Assembly (NCBI GenBank): GCA_001189165.1 | Contig: LFCO01000003.1 | Location: 190,984 to 254,983 of the forward strand | Length of the DNA stretch: 64,000 bases | DNA from: Parcubacteria bacterium C7867-005 | GTDB taxonomy: Bacteria; Patescibacteriota; Minisyncoccia; Phycocordibacterales; Zambryskibacteraceae | Direction: 5' to 3' | In this document: positions 36,979 through 50,288 of the stretch, in pieces | Numbering within the stretch: position 1 is the stretch's first letter | Layout of the letters: each line of letters opens with the position of its first letter | Notes under the pieces: model-generated | Seen by the model: the letters and a program-made list of their open reading frames with translations, nothing else | Database searches by the model: none | Told to the model about the DNA's origin: nothing | Position numbers and translations under genes: made by a program

Positions 36979-37692
36979 ATGGATCCTAAATTCCAATCAT
37001 CATTTATACCCAAAGGCCCCATAGCTACTTCGGCCACTCTCGGAAGAGAGAGAAGTGGTGAACGAGGTCTTTTCGGCAACATCGCCTTATTTGTTTTTGT
37101 CCTATCTCTCTTATCTGCGGGTGGTGTTTGGGCTTATGGTCAATACTTGGAGAACAATATCGCCAAGAAAGGCAAAGACCTCGAAGCCGCTCGTTCGACA
37201 CTCGAACCGGAGTCCATCAAAGAACTCACCAGACTGAACTCTAGACTCGTGTCAACACAGTCTATTTTGTCCAAGCACACTATCCTCTCACCACTCTTTG
37301 AATTCTTAGAAAGCTCAACATATAAAACCGTTCGCTTCACCGACTTTAGATATGAGATGACGAACAAAGGCCTCACTCTGGCCATGAAGGGTCAAGCTAG
37401 GGGTTATAGTGCTGTCGCTCTACAAGCAGATGAGTTTGCCAAGAGCAAATATATCAAAAACCCTATTTTCTCCGATCTTAACCTCGACGAACGCGGTAAC
37501 GTAGTATTTTCCTTTAGAGCAGACCTCGATCCATCTATCATCTCCTACAAGAGCAAGATAGAAGCTCAAGAAGCCATAGACAAAGCGAATGCACCAACAG
37601 TTGTCCCAGTCACACCTGTCGAGACCAAGCCAGCCACGAGCACAGCGACGACAACTACTACAACCGCCACTTCGTCTAAACCTTCAAATTAA
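36979..37692 (+). CDS. PilN-like pilus assembly protein
   Basis: Single TM plus coiled coil; follows pilM; Thr-rich tail. Confidence 0.7.
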   Translation: MDPKFQSSFIPKGPIATSATLGRERSGERGLFGNIALFVFVLSLLSAGGVWAYGQYLENNIAKKGKDLEAARSTLEPESIKELTRLNSRLVSTQSILSKHTILSPLFEFLESSTYKTVRFTDFRYEMTNKGLTLAMKGQARGYSAVALQADEFAKSKYIKNPIFSDLNLDERGNVVFSFRADLDPSIISYKSKIEAQEAIDKANAPTVVPVTPVETKPATSTATTTTTTATSSKPSN

Positions 37693-37697
37693 ATTTT

Positions 37698-38240
37698 ATG
37701 AAATCTACAACCTCACTCACGCTCCTTCTCATCTCCATCGGCATTTTCTATACATTTATCGATCCAAAGTATAAAGAAGTCAAAATCCTGCGTTCGAATG
37801 CAGAGCAGTTTGAAAGCATTCTCAGTAATGTAGAAGAATTGAAAGAGAAGAGGAGTGACTTGTTGATCAAATACCAATCCATACCCAGAGTAGAAGTAGA
37901 TCGTCTGGCCAAGATGTTACCAGACAACATAGACACGGTCAGACTGGCTATAGATTTTGATTCTATCGCTGCCCAGTACGGTATTTCGATCAAAGGTATT
38001 CAGGCAGACAGTTCTGGGGTAGATAATTCCGCAGCGATCATCCAGACGGGTAGTGGTGCACCATACGAAGAAGTGAGTGTTTCATTCAGATTCGTTGCTT
38101 CTTATGACAATTTTAGGAAATTCATGGAGGACATAGAGCAGAGCCTCCGAGTGATAGATGTAAAAAGTGTCACTTTCCAAGCTACAGATAACGGTTTGTA
38201 CGAATATAGCGTTGCCATCCAGACCTACTGGCTGAGATAA
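37698..38240 (+). CDS. PilO-like pilus assembly protein
   Basis: TM; LP; SYDNFRKF...IEQSLRVIDV. Confidence 0.75.
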   Translation: MKSTTSLTLLLISIGIFYTFIDPKYKEVKILRSNAEQFESILSNVEELKEKRSDLLIKYQSIPRVEVDRLAKMLPDNIDTVRLAIDFDSIAAQYGISIKGIQADSSGVDNSAAIIQTGSGAPYEEVSVSFRFVASYDNFRKFMEDIEQSLRVIDVKSVTFQATDNGLYEYSVAIQTYWLR

Positions 38241-38250
38241 ACTGAAAAAT

Positions 38251-38547
38251 ATGAAATTACTTCAAAAAAACAAAGGGTTTCTGATCATCATCGCAGTTTT
38301 TATCTTGGTTATCTTTATTTATAAAAACTTCTTCCAAGCCCCGGGCGCAGGACTCGCCGGAGAGGAAATACCTACAGTCAATGTCGGCAGTGATGTTCTC
38401 GAATTAAACAATAGCTTGGAATCAGTTACTTTGGATCAATCAGTATTCGCTACCAGGGCTTATAGAAATCTCATAGATTTCAGTACAGAGGTGATGGAAC
38501 AACCAAAGGGCAGGAGAAATCCTTTTGGTTTGATCGGGGTGGAATAA
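38251..38547 (+). CDS. Small pilus-locus protein (PilP-like position)
   Basis: N-terminal TM, C-terminal GRRNPF. Confidence 0.6.
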   Translation: MKLLQKNKGFLIIIAVFILVIFIYKNFFQAPGAGLAGEEIPTVNVGSDVLELNNSLESVTLDQSVFATRAYRNLIDFSTEVMEQPKGRRNPFGLIGVE

Positions 38548-38559
38548 TTTAAATTACTC

Positions 38560-40284
38560 ATGAGCATACTCGATGTCCTTCGAGACAAAAAGATCATCAA
38601 AGCTGATGAAATACCAGCCATAGAAGCTGAAGCCAAAAGCTCTGGCATGTCTTTGGAGCAGGTACTGGTTGCTCGTGGTATCCCCCCAGAGAAAATCCTC
38701 GAAGGCAAGGGAACTGAACTCGACATCCCTACTAGGAGCCTCAAGAACGTAGACATCCCAGGCAAAATCCTTGAATACATCCCAGAAGAATCTGCTTCGC
38801 ACTATAGATTCATACCGATCGGAGTTAAGGACGGAGTGCTCGAGGTGGGCATAGTAGATCCACACGACATAGAAGCGAGGGATGCTTTGAATTTTATTTC
38901 TTCGCGTATCAGCATGCCTTACAAGTTGTTTTTAGTGAGTGAAGAAGATCTTTCGAGTGCCCTCGATCTGTACAAAGGTCTTTCTGGAGAGGTGACCAAA
39001 GCCCTTTCCGAACTGGAGACAGAACTCACTCAGAGCATCGCCGAACAAGAAGAAAAGAGTGGTAATGAATCAGGTGAAAAGAAAAAAGTAGAAACCAAAA
39101 TAGTCGAAGACGCTCCGGTGACCAAAATAGTCGCCACTATCCTCTCATATGCATCAGATGGTAATGCTTCGGACATCCACATCGAACCGATGCACGACAG
39201 TATCCGGGTTCGTTTCCGTGTGGACGGCACGCTCAACACATCCTTGGTTTTGCCGATCAAAGTTCATTCTGCTGTTGTCGCACGTATCAAAATCTTGTGC
39301 AACATGCGTTTGGATGAAAAACGAAAACCTCAGGACGGTCGTTTCTCTGCAAAGATAGAAGGCAGGAAAGTCGATTTCCGTGTCTCTACATTCCCAACAT
39401 ATTATGGAGAAAAGATCGTGATGAGAATTCTCGATCAGAATAAGGGCGTTAAAAAGCTGGATGATTTGGGTATTTCTGAAAAAAATCTCAAACTAATCAG
39501 AGCGGCGATAAAAAAACCATACGGTTTGATACTTATCTCAGGTCCTACTGGTTCGGGTAAATCTACTACTCTGTATTCGATGTTGAATGAAGTAGACAGG
39601 GATCATATGAACGTATTGTCCCTAGAAGATCCAGTCGAATACAACATGGAAGGGGTTTCTCAGTCCCAAGTTCATCCAGAGATCGACTACACATTTGCTA
39701 CAGGTTTGCGCACCACCCTTCGTCAGGACCCAGACATCATCATGGTTGGAGAGATTCGAGACAAAGAGACTGCACAGCTCGCTATCCAGGCTGCACTTAC
39801 AGGTCACTTGGTTTTCTCTACAATCCACACCAACAATGCCATCGGTGTTATCCCACGTCTGATAGACATGGGTGTTGATCCGTACCTCATCGCTCCAACT
39901 CTCGTTTTGGCTATGGCTCAGCGCTTGGTCAGAACATTGTGTCCAGGAGGGGGTAAGTCTGTGCCAGTAGAGGACAGTATCAAGATGATGATCGAAAGTC
40001 AGTTCTCTGATCTACCAGCCCAATACAGAAAAGACGTGGTCTTCGGCAAAGAGGTTTATGAGATAGAGCCCACTCCTACGTGCATAAACGGGACATCTGG
40101 TCGAGTGGCGGTGATGGAAGTGTTGGCCATGGAGAAGAATGTGGAGGCAGTTATCTTGAAAAACCCAACAGAGATAGAGCTCTTCAAGGCAGCAAGGTCG
40201 AACGGCATGCTCACTATGAAAGAAGACGCCATCCTCAAAGCCTTTGACCGTGTCATTCCATTTGAAGAGGTAAATACGCTATAA
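38560..40284 (+). CDS. pilB: Type IV pilus assembly ATPase (PilB/GspE)
   Basis: ASDIHIEP, PQDGR, GPTGSGKST, LRQDPD, TGHLV.STIHTN. Confidence 0.92.
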   Translation: MSILDVLRDKKIIKADEIPAIEAEAKSSGMSLEQVLVARGIPPEKILEGKGTELDIPTRSLKNVDIPGKILEYIPEESASHYRFIPIGVKDGVLEVGIVDPHDIEARDALNFISSRISMPYKLFLVSEEDLSSALDLYKGLSGEVTKALSELETELTQSIAEQEEKSGNESGEKKKVETKIVEDAPVTKIVATILSYASDGNASDIHIEPMHDSIRVRFRVDGTLNTSLVLPIKVHSAVVARIKILCNMRLDEKRKPQDGRFSAKIEGRKVDFRVSTFPTYYGEKIVMRILDQNKGVKKLDDLGISEKNLKLIRAAIKKPYGLILISGPTGSGKSTTLYSMLNEVDRDHMNVLSLEDPVEYNMEGVSQSQVHPEIDYTFATGLRTTLRQDPDIIMVGEIRDKETAQLAIQAALTGHLVFSTIHTNNAIGVIPRLIDMGVDPYLIAPTLVLAMAQRLVRTLCPGGGKSVPVEDSIKMMIESQFSDLPAQYRKDVVFGKEVYEIEPTPTCINGTSGRVAVMEVLAMEKNVEAVILKNPTEIELFKAARSNGMLTMKEDAILKAFDRVIPFEEVNTL

Positions 40285-40292
40285 TCAATACT

Positions 40293-40682
40293 ATGAAAAA
40301 GCAATATTCGATACTCATAGTAGATGATGACAAGTTTCTCCTGGACATGTATGTGAAAAAGTTTGAGAAGTTCGGCATCCAACCAGATCTATCAGTTGGT
40401 TCTGCAGGAGCCCTGGAGAAACTCAGAGGTGGGGTTACTCCAGATGTTATTGTTCTCGACATCATCATGCCGGGTATGGATGGTCTAGAACTCCTAGAGA
40501 CTATCCGCAAAGAAAACCTTTCTCCAAGCTCTATAGTGATTATGCTCACCAATGAAGGTGAGTCCCAGAAGATAGAAAAAGCAAAATCACTCGGCGTTGT
40601 TGGCTATATAGTCAAAGCGACCAGTATCCCATCTGAAGTAGCAGATGAGATTATCAGAATCGCGGATGAGAATATTAAATAA
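40293..40682 (+). CDS. Single-domain response regulator
   Basis: IVDDD, LDIIMPGMDG, MLTN, YIVK. Confidence 0.9.
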   Translation: MKKQYSILIVDDDKFLLDMYVKKFEKFGIQPDLSVGSAGALEKLRGGVTPDVIVLDIIMPGMDGLELLETIRKENLSPSSIVIMLTNEGESQKIEKAKSLGVVGYIVKATSIPSEVADEIIRIADENIK

Positions 40683-40691
40683 ATACAACCA

Positions 40692-41756
40692 ATGGCATCT
40701 TCAGAAAAACTTTTAAGCGAATTAGTAGACATCGTGTTCAAAGAAGGAGCTTCCGATCTCCATCTGTCCGAAGGTAGATCACCGGTCATCAGAGTTTCTG
40801 GTTTCTTGATCCCCCTTGTGAAAATCCCATCCCTTACAGCAGAAGATTTGGAGGGTTTTGTGTCTATTTTCCTCACAGCAGATGACAAGCTTGAATTTAA
40901 AGAACAAAAAGAAGCTAACTTTGCTTATGAACACAAAGATGTTGGGAGGTTCCGTGGCAATGTCTTTCAAGAATTAGGCAAAATCTCTATTGCCCTACGC
41001 CTGATTCCTTCTAAGGTTAAAACTCTTGAAGAACTTAATCTGCCTCCTATACTTTCTTCTTTCTCCAAACGACAACAAGGGTTTTTCCTCGTCGTCGGTC
41101 CAGCTGGGCAAGGTAAATCTACAACACTTGCTAGTTTGATCGAACTTATAAACCAGGAGAGACTCGAACACATCATCACTATCGAGGATCCTATCGAATT
41201 TATCTTTGAGCCAAAGAAAGCCCTCATAGATCAAAGAGAGGTGAAGACAGATACACCAGATTTCAAAACGGCCTTGCGTGGTGTTTTCAGACAGGATGCC
41301 GATGTGGTGATGGTTGGAGAAATGCGTGATGCAGAGACTATCTCTACTGCGGTTACCGCAGCGGAGACCGGTCACCTTATCATGTCTACTTTGCACACCA
41401 ACACAGCGTCTCAGACTGTCGATCGTATTATCGACTCATTCCCTCCATCCCAACAAGATCAGATCAGAATCCAGCTCTCAGGAAGTCTGCTCGGGATCTT
41501 TTCTCAGCGTTTGATCCCTCGCATTTCTGGTGGACTCATACCTGCATATGAATTACTCATCAACAACAATGCTGTCGGTAACCTCATCAGAGAGAAGAGA
41601 ACACATGAGATCAATACAGTTATAGAGACAGGATCAGAAGATGGGATGATCGATCTCAACAGATGTCTCGCTGCGCTCGTCAAAGCGGGGGAGATCACAG
41701 TAGAAAACGCATTCTTGTATTCAGCTAATCCTCGAACACTAGAGAGGATGATATAA
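40692..41756 (+). CDS. pilT: Pilus retraction ATPase PilT
   Basis: ASDLHL, GPAGQGKST, TIEDPIE, AETGHL..STLHT. Confidence 0.92.
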   Translation: MASSEKLLSELVDIVFKEGASDLHLSEGRSPVIRVSGFLIPLVKIPSLTAEDLEGFVSIFLTADDKLEFKEQKEANFAYEHKDVGRFRGNVFQELGKISIALRLIPSKVKTLEELNLPPILSSFSKRQQGFFLVVGPAGQGKSTTLASLIELINQERLEHIITIEDPIEFIFEPKKALIDQREVKTDTPDFKTALRGVFRQDADVVMVGEMRDAETISTAVTAAETGHLIMSTLHTNTASQTVDRIIDSFPPSQQDQIRIQLSGSLLGIFSQRLIPRISGGLIPAYELLINNNAVGNLIREKRTHEINTVIETGSEDGMIDLNRCLAALVKAGEITVENAFLYSANPRTLERMI

Positions 41757-41760
41757 AACC

Positions 41761-42969
41761 ATGCTCTATCTCTATAAAGCACTCGAAAGCTCTGGCGCAA
41801 GGAAAGAAGGCTCTATCGAAGCTGTTTCTATAGACATAGCCATAGATAGTCTCCAGAAAAGGGGGCTGATCATCGCAGAGATAGAGCCAGCAGAAAAAGA
41901 AGCTTGGTACAACCAATTTTCAATAGGTACTGGAGTGTCCAACAAAGAGATCGTCATCCTATCAAGGCAGATGGCAACACTTTTTGATGCTCAAATCAGT
42001 GCCCTCAAGATATTTTCTCTTCTATCTGCGGAGGTAGAGAATGATACCTTGCGCAAAAAGCTCGCGGTGATCACTGATGATTTGCAAGCGGGTAGTTCTA
42101 TCTCCAAATCACTTTCTAGGCATCCAGAAATCTTCTCTGAATTTTATGTGAACATGGTTAAGTCAGGTGAAGAGACGGGTAAGTTGAACGAAACCTTCAA
42201 TTACCTAGCAGATTATCTGGATAGGAGTTATGAAGTTGTGTCCAAGGCCAAAAACGCACTGATTTACCCAGCCTTTGTCATTTCTGTGTTCATCGCAGTT
42301 ATGGTGCTCATGTTCACTTTCATTATCCCTAAAATCAGTGTGATCTTGGTTGATTCTGGTCAGCCTGTACCTTTCTATACCCAAATTGTTTTTGGGATAT
42401 CTGATTTCTTTTTGAACTACGGGGTCCTACTCCTGGCCGGTCTTGTGGTAGCTGTCTTTTTGTTCATTCGGTACATAAGAACAGAGGCTGGAGCCAGGGC
42501 CTTTGCCAAATTTAAACTGGAGGTCCCTTATGTTGGTGATCTTTATAAAAAGCTCTACCTTTCCATCATCGCAGATAACATGAACACTATGGTTTATTCA
42601 GGAATTCCCATGGTTAGAGCCATAGAAGTCACCGCGTCAGTGGTAGGGAACGATGTTTATAAGGATATTTTGCTCGAGAGTCTGACTGCGGTGAAGGGGG
42701 GGAGCTCGTTCTCTCAGTCCCTGTCTCAGTATGAAGAGATGCCGGGGATGCTCATCCAGATGATCCGTGTGGGTGAAGAGACTGGGGAGCTCGGCAGTAT
42801 CCTCAAAACTATGGCCAAATTTTATCAAAGAGAGGTCGTAAATGCCGTGGATACCATGGTTAGCTTGATCGAGCCTATCATGATCGTGATGCTCGGTTTG
42901 GGTGTGGGTACACTGCTCGCTTCTGTGCTCATCCCTATATACAATATTGCTAACTCGGCTGGGGCCTGA
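41761..42969 (+). CDS. pilC: Pilus platform protein PilC/GspF
   Basis: Two GspF repeats (GEETGKL / GEETGEL), LIYP, LIEP. Confidence 0.92.
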   Translation: MLYLYKALESSGARKEGSIEAVSIDIAIDSLQKRGLIIAEIEPAEKEAWYNQFSIGTGVSNKEIVILSRQMATLFDAQISALKIFSLLSAEVENDTLRKKLAVITDDLQAGSSISKSLSRHPEIFSEFYVNMVKSGEETGKLNETFNYLADYLDRSYEVVSKAKNALIYPAFVISVFIAVMVLMFTFIIPKISVILVDSGQPVPFYTQIVFGISDFFLNYGVLLLAGLVVAVFLFIRYIRTEAGARAFAKFKLEVPYVGDLYKKLYLSIIADNMNTMVYSGIPMVRAIEVTASVVGNDVYKDILLESLTAVKGGSSFSQSLSQYEEMPGMLIQMIRVGEETGELGSILKTMAKFYQREVVNAVDTMVSLIEPIMIVMLGLGVGTLLASVLIPIYNIANSAGA

Positions 42970-43060
42970 TTCGGACCGAGGAAGACAGTTATCCACAAGC
43001 TTATTTAAAAAGGCTAGCTATGGGTATATAATCAATAGGTAACTAAAAGTAATAATAATT

Positions 43061-43513
43061 ATGTCAAAAAGGTTAAATAACAAAAAGGGTTTTACCCTCA
43101 TCGAACTTCTGGTCGTCATCGCTATCATCGGTATTCTTTCTTCTGTTGTGCTTGCATCTTTGAACACAGCTCGAGGCAAGGGTAATGATGCCAAGGTCAA
43201 AGCTCAGCTTTCTGGACTTCGCGCAGCAGCCGAGATTTACTATGACAACCAAACTCCAAATAGCTACGGAGCAGCTGGAGTCGCGTGTGGAGCAGGTATG
43301 TTTGCAGATGCAGTCATGCTTCCTTACACAACACAAGCTAACTATCCTTCAGGAGCAACTCTTGAATGTATCTCAACAGGTACAGGATACGCAGTGTCAG
43401 CTCTACTTCCAGGAGCAGGAGGCACAATTAACTGGTGTGTGGACAGTGCGGGTGCTTCAAAGCAGAATGCAACTGACCTCATCGGTGCAGGTGGTACAGA
43501 CATCACTTGTTAG
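43061..43513 (+). CDS. Type IV pilin (major-pilin-like)
   Basis: KKGFTLIELLVVIAIIGILSSVVL; WCVDS. Confidence 0.9.
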   Translation: MSKRLNNKKGFTLIELLVVIAIIGILSSVVLASLNTARGKGNDAKVKAQLSGLRAAAEIYYDNQTPNSYGAAGVACGAGMFADAVMLPYTTQANYPSGATLECISTGTGYAVSALLPGAGGTINWCVDSAGASKQNATDLIGAGGTDITC

Positions 43514-43534
43514 TATCTTAGTTTGATTCTACTC

Positions 43535-43562
43535 AAAAAACCGCCTTCTGGGCGGTTTTTTT
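43535..43562 (+). terminator. Terminator after the pilin gene
   Basis: A6-ccgcc...ggcgg-T7. Confidence 0.8.
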
Positions 43563-43578
43563 GTTATACTTAAACATA

Positions 43579-44373
43579 ATGTTTATATTGATTTGTCTTT
43601 TTATCCTCGGTGCGATAGTCGGTAGTTTCTTAAATGTAGTTGGTCTGCGTCTTAACTCTGGACTAACTTTAGGAGGGAGGTCGTTTTGCCCAGTTTGTCA
43701 TAAACAACTCTCCTGGCACGAACTTATCCCTATAGTGAGCTACCTATTGCTCGTTGGTAGGTGCAGTAAATGTAAGTGTGCTATCTCTGCACAGTATCCA
43801 CTCATTGAATTCTTTACTGGCCTCGTGTTTGTTACCGTGTATCAATCTATCCTGGTTCCCATTACTCCGATCGTGGTTGCTCTGTATGCACTTTTGTTAA
43901 TAGTTTTCTGTCTATACATCGCTATCCTCATTTATGATTCTAGGCACAAGATAATCCCAGATCAGCTAGTGTATGCATCCATTATATTCGCATTGATCTA
44001 CAGATTTATAAACGGAGGTACCCTTTTTGATTGGCTCGCTGGGCCGATTATGTTTATGTTCTTTGCTGCGATCTGGTATTTTTCCCTTGGCCGGGCGATG
44101 GGTTTCGGAGACGCGAAGCTCGCACTCTCTATCGGGCTCCTCCTCGGTGCCCCCATGGGGTTTTCTGCGTTCGCTCTTTCGTTTTGGATAGGGACTCTCT
44201 GTGTCCTGTCTATCATGATTTTGTCTAGGATGGGTTATTCTTTGTTTGGTAAAGCAAAAAGACTTACAATGAGTAGCGAGATCCCATTTGCACCATTCCT
44301 TATTTTTGGTTCTTGGATAAGTCTTATCTATAAACTCGACCTTTTTCATGTCATCAGTCTCACTATCAAATAA
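43579..44373 (+). CDS. pilD: Prepilin peptidase (A24)
   Basis: GSFLNV, RS.CP.C, GRC..C, MGFGDAKL, IPFAPFL. Confidence 0.92.
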   Translation: MFILICLFILGAIVGSFLNVVGLRLNSGLTLGGRSFCPVCHKQLSWHELIPIVSYLLLVGRCSKCKCAISAQYPLIEFFTGLVFVTVYQSILVPITPIVVALYALLLIVFCLYIAILIYDSRHKIIPDQLVYASIIFALIYRFINGGTLFDWLAGPIMFMFFAAIWYFSLGRAMGFGDAKLALSIGLLLGAPMGFSAFALSFWIGTLCVLSIMILSRMGYSLFGKAKRLTMSSEIPFAPFLIFGSWISLIYKLDLFHVISLTIK

Positions 44374-44983
44374 AAAAGGATTTACACTAGTTGAGTTGGT
44401 GGTCTCTATAGGGATCATGGTGATAGTTATCGGCATCATCGCGTTGAATCAAAGCAAGTATTCTTCTGGTGCTGGTTTAAAAAACATGGCCAATAATCTG
44501 AGCCTCTCTCTCCGGCAGGCACAAGTGTACGGCGTTAGTGTCAAAGAATTTTCTCCAGGGTCGAGTGACTTCAGTGCTGCTTATGGTGTAGCTTTTGATA
44601 AATCCGTGAATGGCAGTAATAACTCTTATATATTCTTTGCTGACAGGGATCTCCCAATCCTCGACGGAGTTTATAATGGAACTTGGGCCTGCGCAGGCGG
44701 TACTCCGCCTGAATGCATAGAGAAGATAACCCTAACCCAGGGAGCTACTATAAATAGAATCTGTGCAGTCAGTAATACAAACATTGAGTTCGACTGCACT
44801 CTGGCTAAGGCTTACATCACCTTCACTAGACCGTCGAACGATGCGAGGATTCTCCTCTACGAAGCTTCTGGTTCACAAGTAGATGTTGATGCTGTTAAAG
44901 CAGTGAGGCTAGAATTAACCATGACAAACGGAGAGATAAATTCGGTAGTGGTAAACAAGAGCGGCCAAATATCCGTCAGATAA
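44348..44983 (+). CDS. Minor pilin (prepilin N-terminal cleavage motif)
   Basis: KKGFTLVELVV. Confidence 0.85.
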   Translation: MSSVSLSNKKGFTLVELVVSIGIMVIVIGIIALNQSKYSSGAGLKNMANNLSLSLRQAQVYGVSVKEFSPGSSDFSAAYGVAFDKSVNGSNNSYIFFADRDLPILDGVYNGTWACAGGTPPECIEKITLTQGATINRICAVSNTNIEFDCTLAKAYITFTRPSNDARILLYEASGSQVDVDAVKAVRLELTMTNGEINSVVVNKSGQISVR

Positions 44984-44985
44984 AT

Positions 44986-45549
44986 ATGTTTAGAAAACAA
45001 AAAACAAATCGAGGATTTACCCTGATAGAGATCATGACCTCTCTTTCTGTTTTTCTGATAGTCATGACTATCAGTATGGGAGCTATCTTGGGTATCTTTG
45101 ATGCGAATCGCAAATCAGAATCATTGAAGGAAGTCATGGATAACCTGAATTTTGCTCTAGATTCTATGTCCAGAGAGATAAGATTCGGTGAGAACTATCA
45201 CTGTGGCGAAGATGTAGATGTCACCGGCCCACAGAATTGTCCTGGTGGAGATAGCTTCATCAGTTTCCTTTCGAGTGATGGATTACAAATATCTTATAAA
45301 TTAGAGAGTGGTGCCATCAAGAAAACAACAAACGGAGCCAATGAGAACCCTACGTTCGTTGAAGTAACTGCACCGGAGATGCTCATAGAGAGTTTGGATT
45401 TCTATGTCATAGGTACTGGTGTTGTGCCTTCTAATACACTCCAGCCCAAGGTCCATATAAAACTTACAGGTAGAGCGGGCTCTAAAGCAAAAACTCAAAG
45501 TACTTTCACCATTCAAACACTTGTCTCTCAGAGGTTACTAGATATCTGA
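44986..45549 (+). CDS. Minor pilin (PilW-like)
   Basis: RGFTLIEIM. Confidence 0.85.
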   Translation: MFRKQKTNRGFTLIEIMTSLSVFLIVMTISMGAILGIFDANRKSESLKEVMDNLNFALDSMSREIRFGENYHCGEDVDVTGPQNCPGGDSFISFLSSDGLQISYKLESGAIKKTTNGANENPTFVEVTAPEMLIESLDFYVIGTGVVPSNTLQPKVHIKLTGRAGSKAKTQSTFTIQTLVSQRLLDI

Positions 45550-45550
45550 T

Positions 45551-46080
45551 ATGAAAAAAAATATATACAAAAAAGGATTCACGCTTGTAGAAACATTGGT
45601 TGCTATAGGTATTTTGGTTTTGGCCGTAAGTGGTGCGTTCAGCGCTGCTCAAAGTGGACTTTCATCTTCGGTGTTTTCTAAAGATCAGGTGATCGCTTTT
45701 TACTTGGCTGCAGAAGGGGTAGAACAGATTAGAAATATCAGAGACAATAATGGTTTGGCAGATCAACCATGGCTGACGGGGCTCACCGCTTGCTATCCGA
45801 ACAGAACATGTACTGTGGACACAGTTAATACTGTGAGTGATCAGCCAGTGATAACCAACTGCGCCGGTGGACAGAACTCTTGTCCGAATCTGAGGCAAGA
45901 TACTACAAATGGATACTACGGTTATGAACCTAGCTGGCCCGTATCGAACTTTAAAAGGGAGATAACCATGGCTCCAGTGGGTGGTGGTGGAAATGAAGTC
46001 TCTATCTCTGTGCGAGTTATCTGGTCCAAGGGTTTGGTCACCAGGCAGTTTAATGTGAGGGAGAATATAATGGACTGGCA

Positions 46081-46084
<4 letters not shown>
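45551..46084 (+). CDS. Minor pilin (PilV-like)
   Basis: KGFTLVETLVA...A.YLAAEGVE.IR. Confidence 0.85.
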
Positions 46085-48556
<2,472 letters not shown>

Positions 48557-48560
48557 GTTT

Positions 48561-48851
48561 ATGGACAGAGAAAAAGTCATAGCCCTATCTAAGCTCGCCA
48601 GAGTTGATATAAGTCAGGAAGAAGCAGAGAACCTCGCCGGTGAGTTCGAGGCGATTTTGGGTTATGTAGGTGAGGTAAAACAAGCATATAAAGGTGAAGA
48701 TATGGGTACACCACAAAGTGATATGGCTTTGAAAAATATTCTTCGAGAAGATGCAGAACCACACGAAAGTGGCCTGTATACCAAAAACCTCTTGGCACAA
48801 GCGCCAGAAACAGAGGGTGAGTATATTAAGGTAAAGAAAATACTCGGATGA
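48561..48851 (+). CDS. gatC: Asp/Glu-tRNA amidotransferase subunit C
   Basis: KLAR, ILGYV, LRED, AP; precedes gatA. Confidence 0.9.
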   Translation: MDREKVIALSKLARVDISQEEAENLAGEFEAILGYVGEVKQAYKGEDMGTPQSDMALKNILREDAEPHESGLYTKNLLAQAPETEGEYIKVKKILG

Positions 48852-50272
48852 TTGATTTAAATTCACTTACTATTTCTTCTGCTAGAGAAGCTTTGAAGGC
48901 GCGGAAGTTTTCTGCGCGTGAATTGATGGAAGCCTCTATCCAAACAATCAAAGATAAAGATTCGGATATTCATGCATTTCTTGAGGTATTTGAAGATGCT
49001 CTAGGTCTAGCAGATGAAGCAGATAAAAAAATAAAAGAAGGGGTAGATCTACCTTTGCTTGGCGTACCTATCGCTCTCAAAGACAACATGCTTGTTTCTG
49101 GACATAAGGTGTCTGCTGGATCGAAAATTTTGGAAAATTTTACTGCACCGATAGACAGCACTGCTGTTCGTAAATTAAAGGACGCGGGGGCCATCATCAT
49201 CGGTAGGACAAACATGGATGAGTTTGCTATGGGTAGCTCCACAGAGAATTCTTCGTATGGTCCAACCAAGAACCCGATCGATCCTACCCGTGTTCCTGGG
49301 GGTTCTTCTGGTGGCTCTGCTGCAGCAGTAGCTTCTGGGATGGTGATCGGCGCTCTCGGGTCAGACACGGGCGGTTCTATCAGGCAACCCGCTGCCTTTT
49401 GTGGACTCGTGGGTTTAAAGCCTACTTATGGTCGAGTGTCCCGCTCTGGCTTGATCGCTTATGGCTCGTCGCTTGATCAGATCGGGCCATTGGTCAAAAC
49501 TGTTTCTGATGCAGAGATTTTATATGACGTGTTGAAAGGGCAGGATCCCATGGACAGTACGACGATAGGTGATCAGTCTTATCCTAAGAAAAAAGATTTC
49601 AAAAAGATAATTGGAGTGCCCAGAAGTTTTGTAGAGAGTGAAGGGGTGAGTCCAGAGATTAAGAAAAATTTCCAAGAAACAGAAAAAAGATTTCGCGACC
49701 TTGGTTATGAGGTTCGTGACATAGAATTGGAGCATTTGAGATTTTCATTGTCCGTTTATTATATTGTCGCCTTGGCTGAATCTTCTTCAAACCTGGCGCG
49801 TTTCGATGGGGTTAAATACGGACTCCATGTAGATGGCGATAATGGTATTGATGATTATTTTAAAACGCGCGGGGCTGGTTTTGGTCAAGAGGTTCGGAGG
49901 AGAATCATCCTAGGTACCTACGTACTTTCTTCTGGATACTATGATGAGTACTACAATACGGCTCTGAAGGTTCGAAAACTTATAACTGATGAGTTTAGAA
50001 AAGTGTTTATGGAAGTCGATTTGATACTCACGCCAACCACTCCAACTTCAGCATGGAAGATGGGTGAGAAAAGTACCAGCCCACTGGAGATGTATCTTGA
50101 AGATATTTTTACTGTGCCTGCTAACACCACTGGTTGTCCGGCGATATCGCTCCCATCAGGTCATGAGGAGATTAACCAAATAAAACTGCCATTAGGTATC
50201 GAGCTAACTGCTGATCTAGGCAGAGAGGATAATCTACTAAAAGCAGGTAAAGAATTTTTGGGAGAGAAGTAG
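48848..50272 (+). CDS. gatA: Asp/Glu-tRNA amidotransferase subunit A
   Basis: KDN, TNMDEFAMGSS, PGGSSGGS, SDTGGSIRQP, RRIILGT. Confidence 0.97.
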   Translation: MIDLNSLTISSAREALKARKFSARELMEASIQTIKDKDSDIHAFLEVFEDALGLADEADKKIKEGVDLPLLGVPIALKDNMLVSGHKVSAGSKILENFTAPIDSTAVRKLKDAGAIIIGRTNMDEFAMGSSTENSSYGPTKNPIDPTRVPGGSSGGSAAAVASGMVIGALGSDTGGSIRQPAAFCGLVGLKPTYGRVSRSGLIAYGSSLDQIGPLVKTVSDAEILYDVLKGQDPMDSTTIGDQSYPKKKDFKKIIGVPRSFVESEGVSPEIKKNFQETEKRFRDLGYEVRDIELEHLRFSLSVYYIVALAESSSNLARFDGVKYGLHVDGDNGIDDYFKTRGAGFGQEVRRRIILGTYVLSSGYYDEYYNTALKVRKLITDEFRKVFMEVDLILTPTTPTSAWKMGEKSTSPLEMYLEDIFTVPANTTGCPAISLPSGHEEINQIKLPLGIELTADLGREDNLLKAGKEFLGEK

Positions 50273-50288
50273 GCTGTATAATAATACT

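Noticed and set aside
37590-37685. Thr-rich low-complexity tail in the PilN-like gene
   Set aside because: Ordinary disordered linker; no exact tandem DNA repeat suggesting phase variation.
40293-40682. Orphan response regulator between pilB and pilT
   Set aside because: To my knowledge a common arrangement in Parcubacteria pilus loci; nothing unusual in the sequence.
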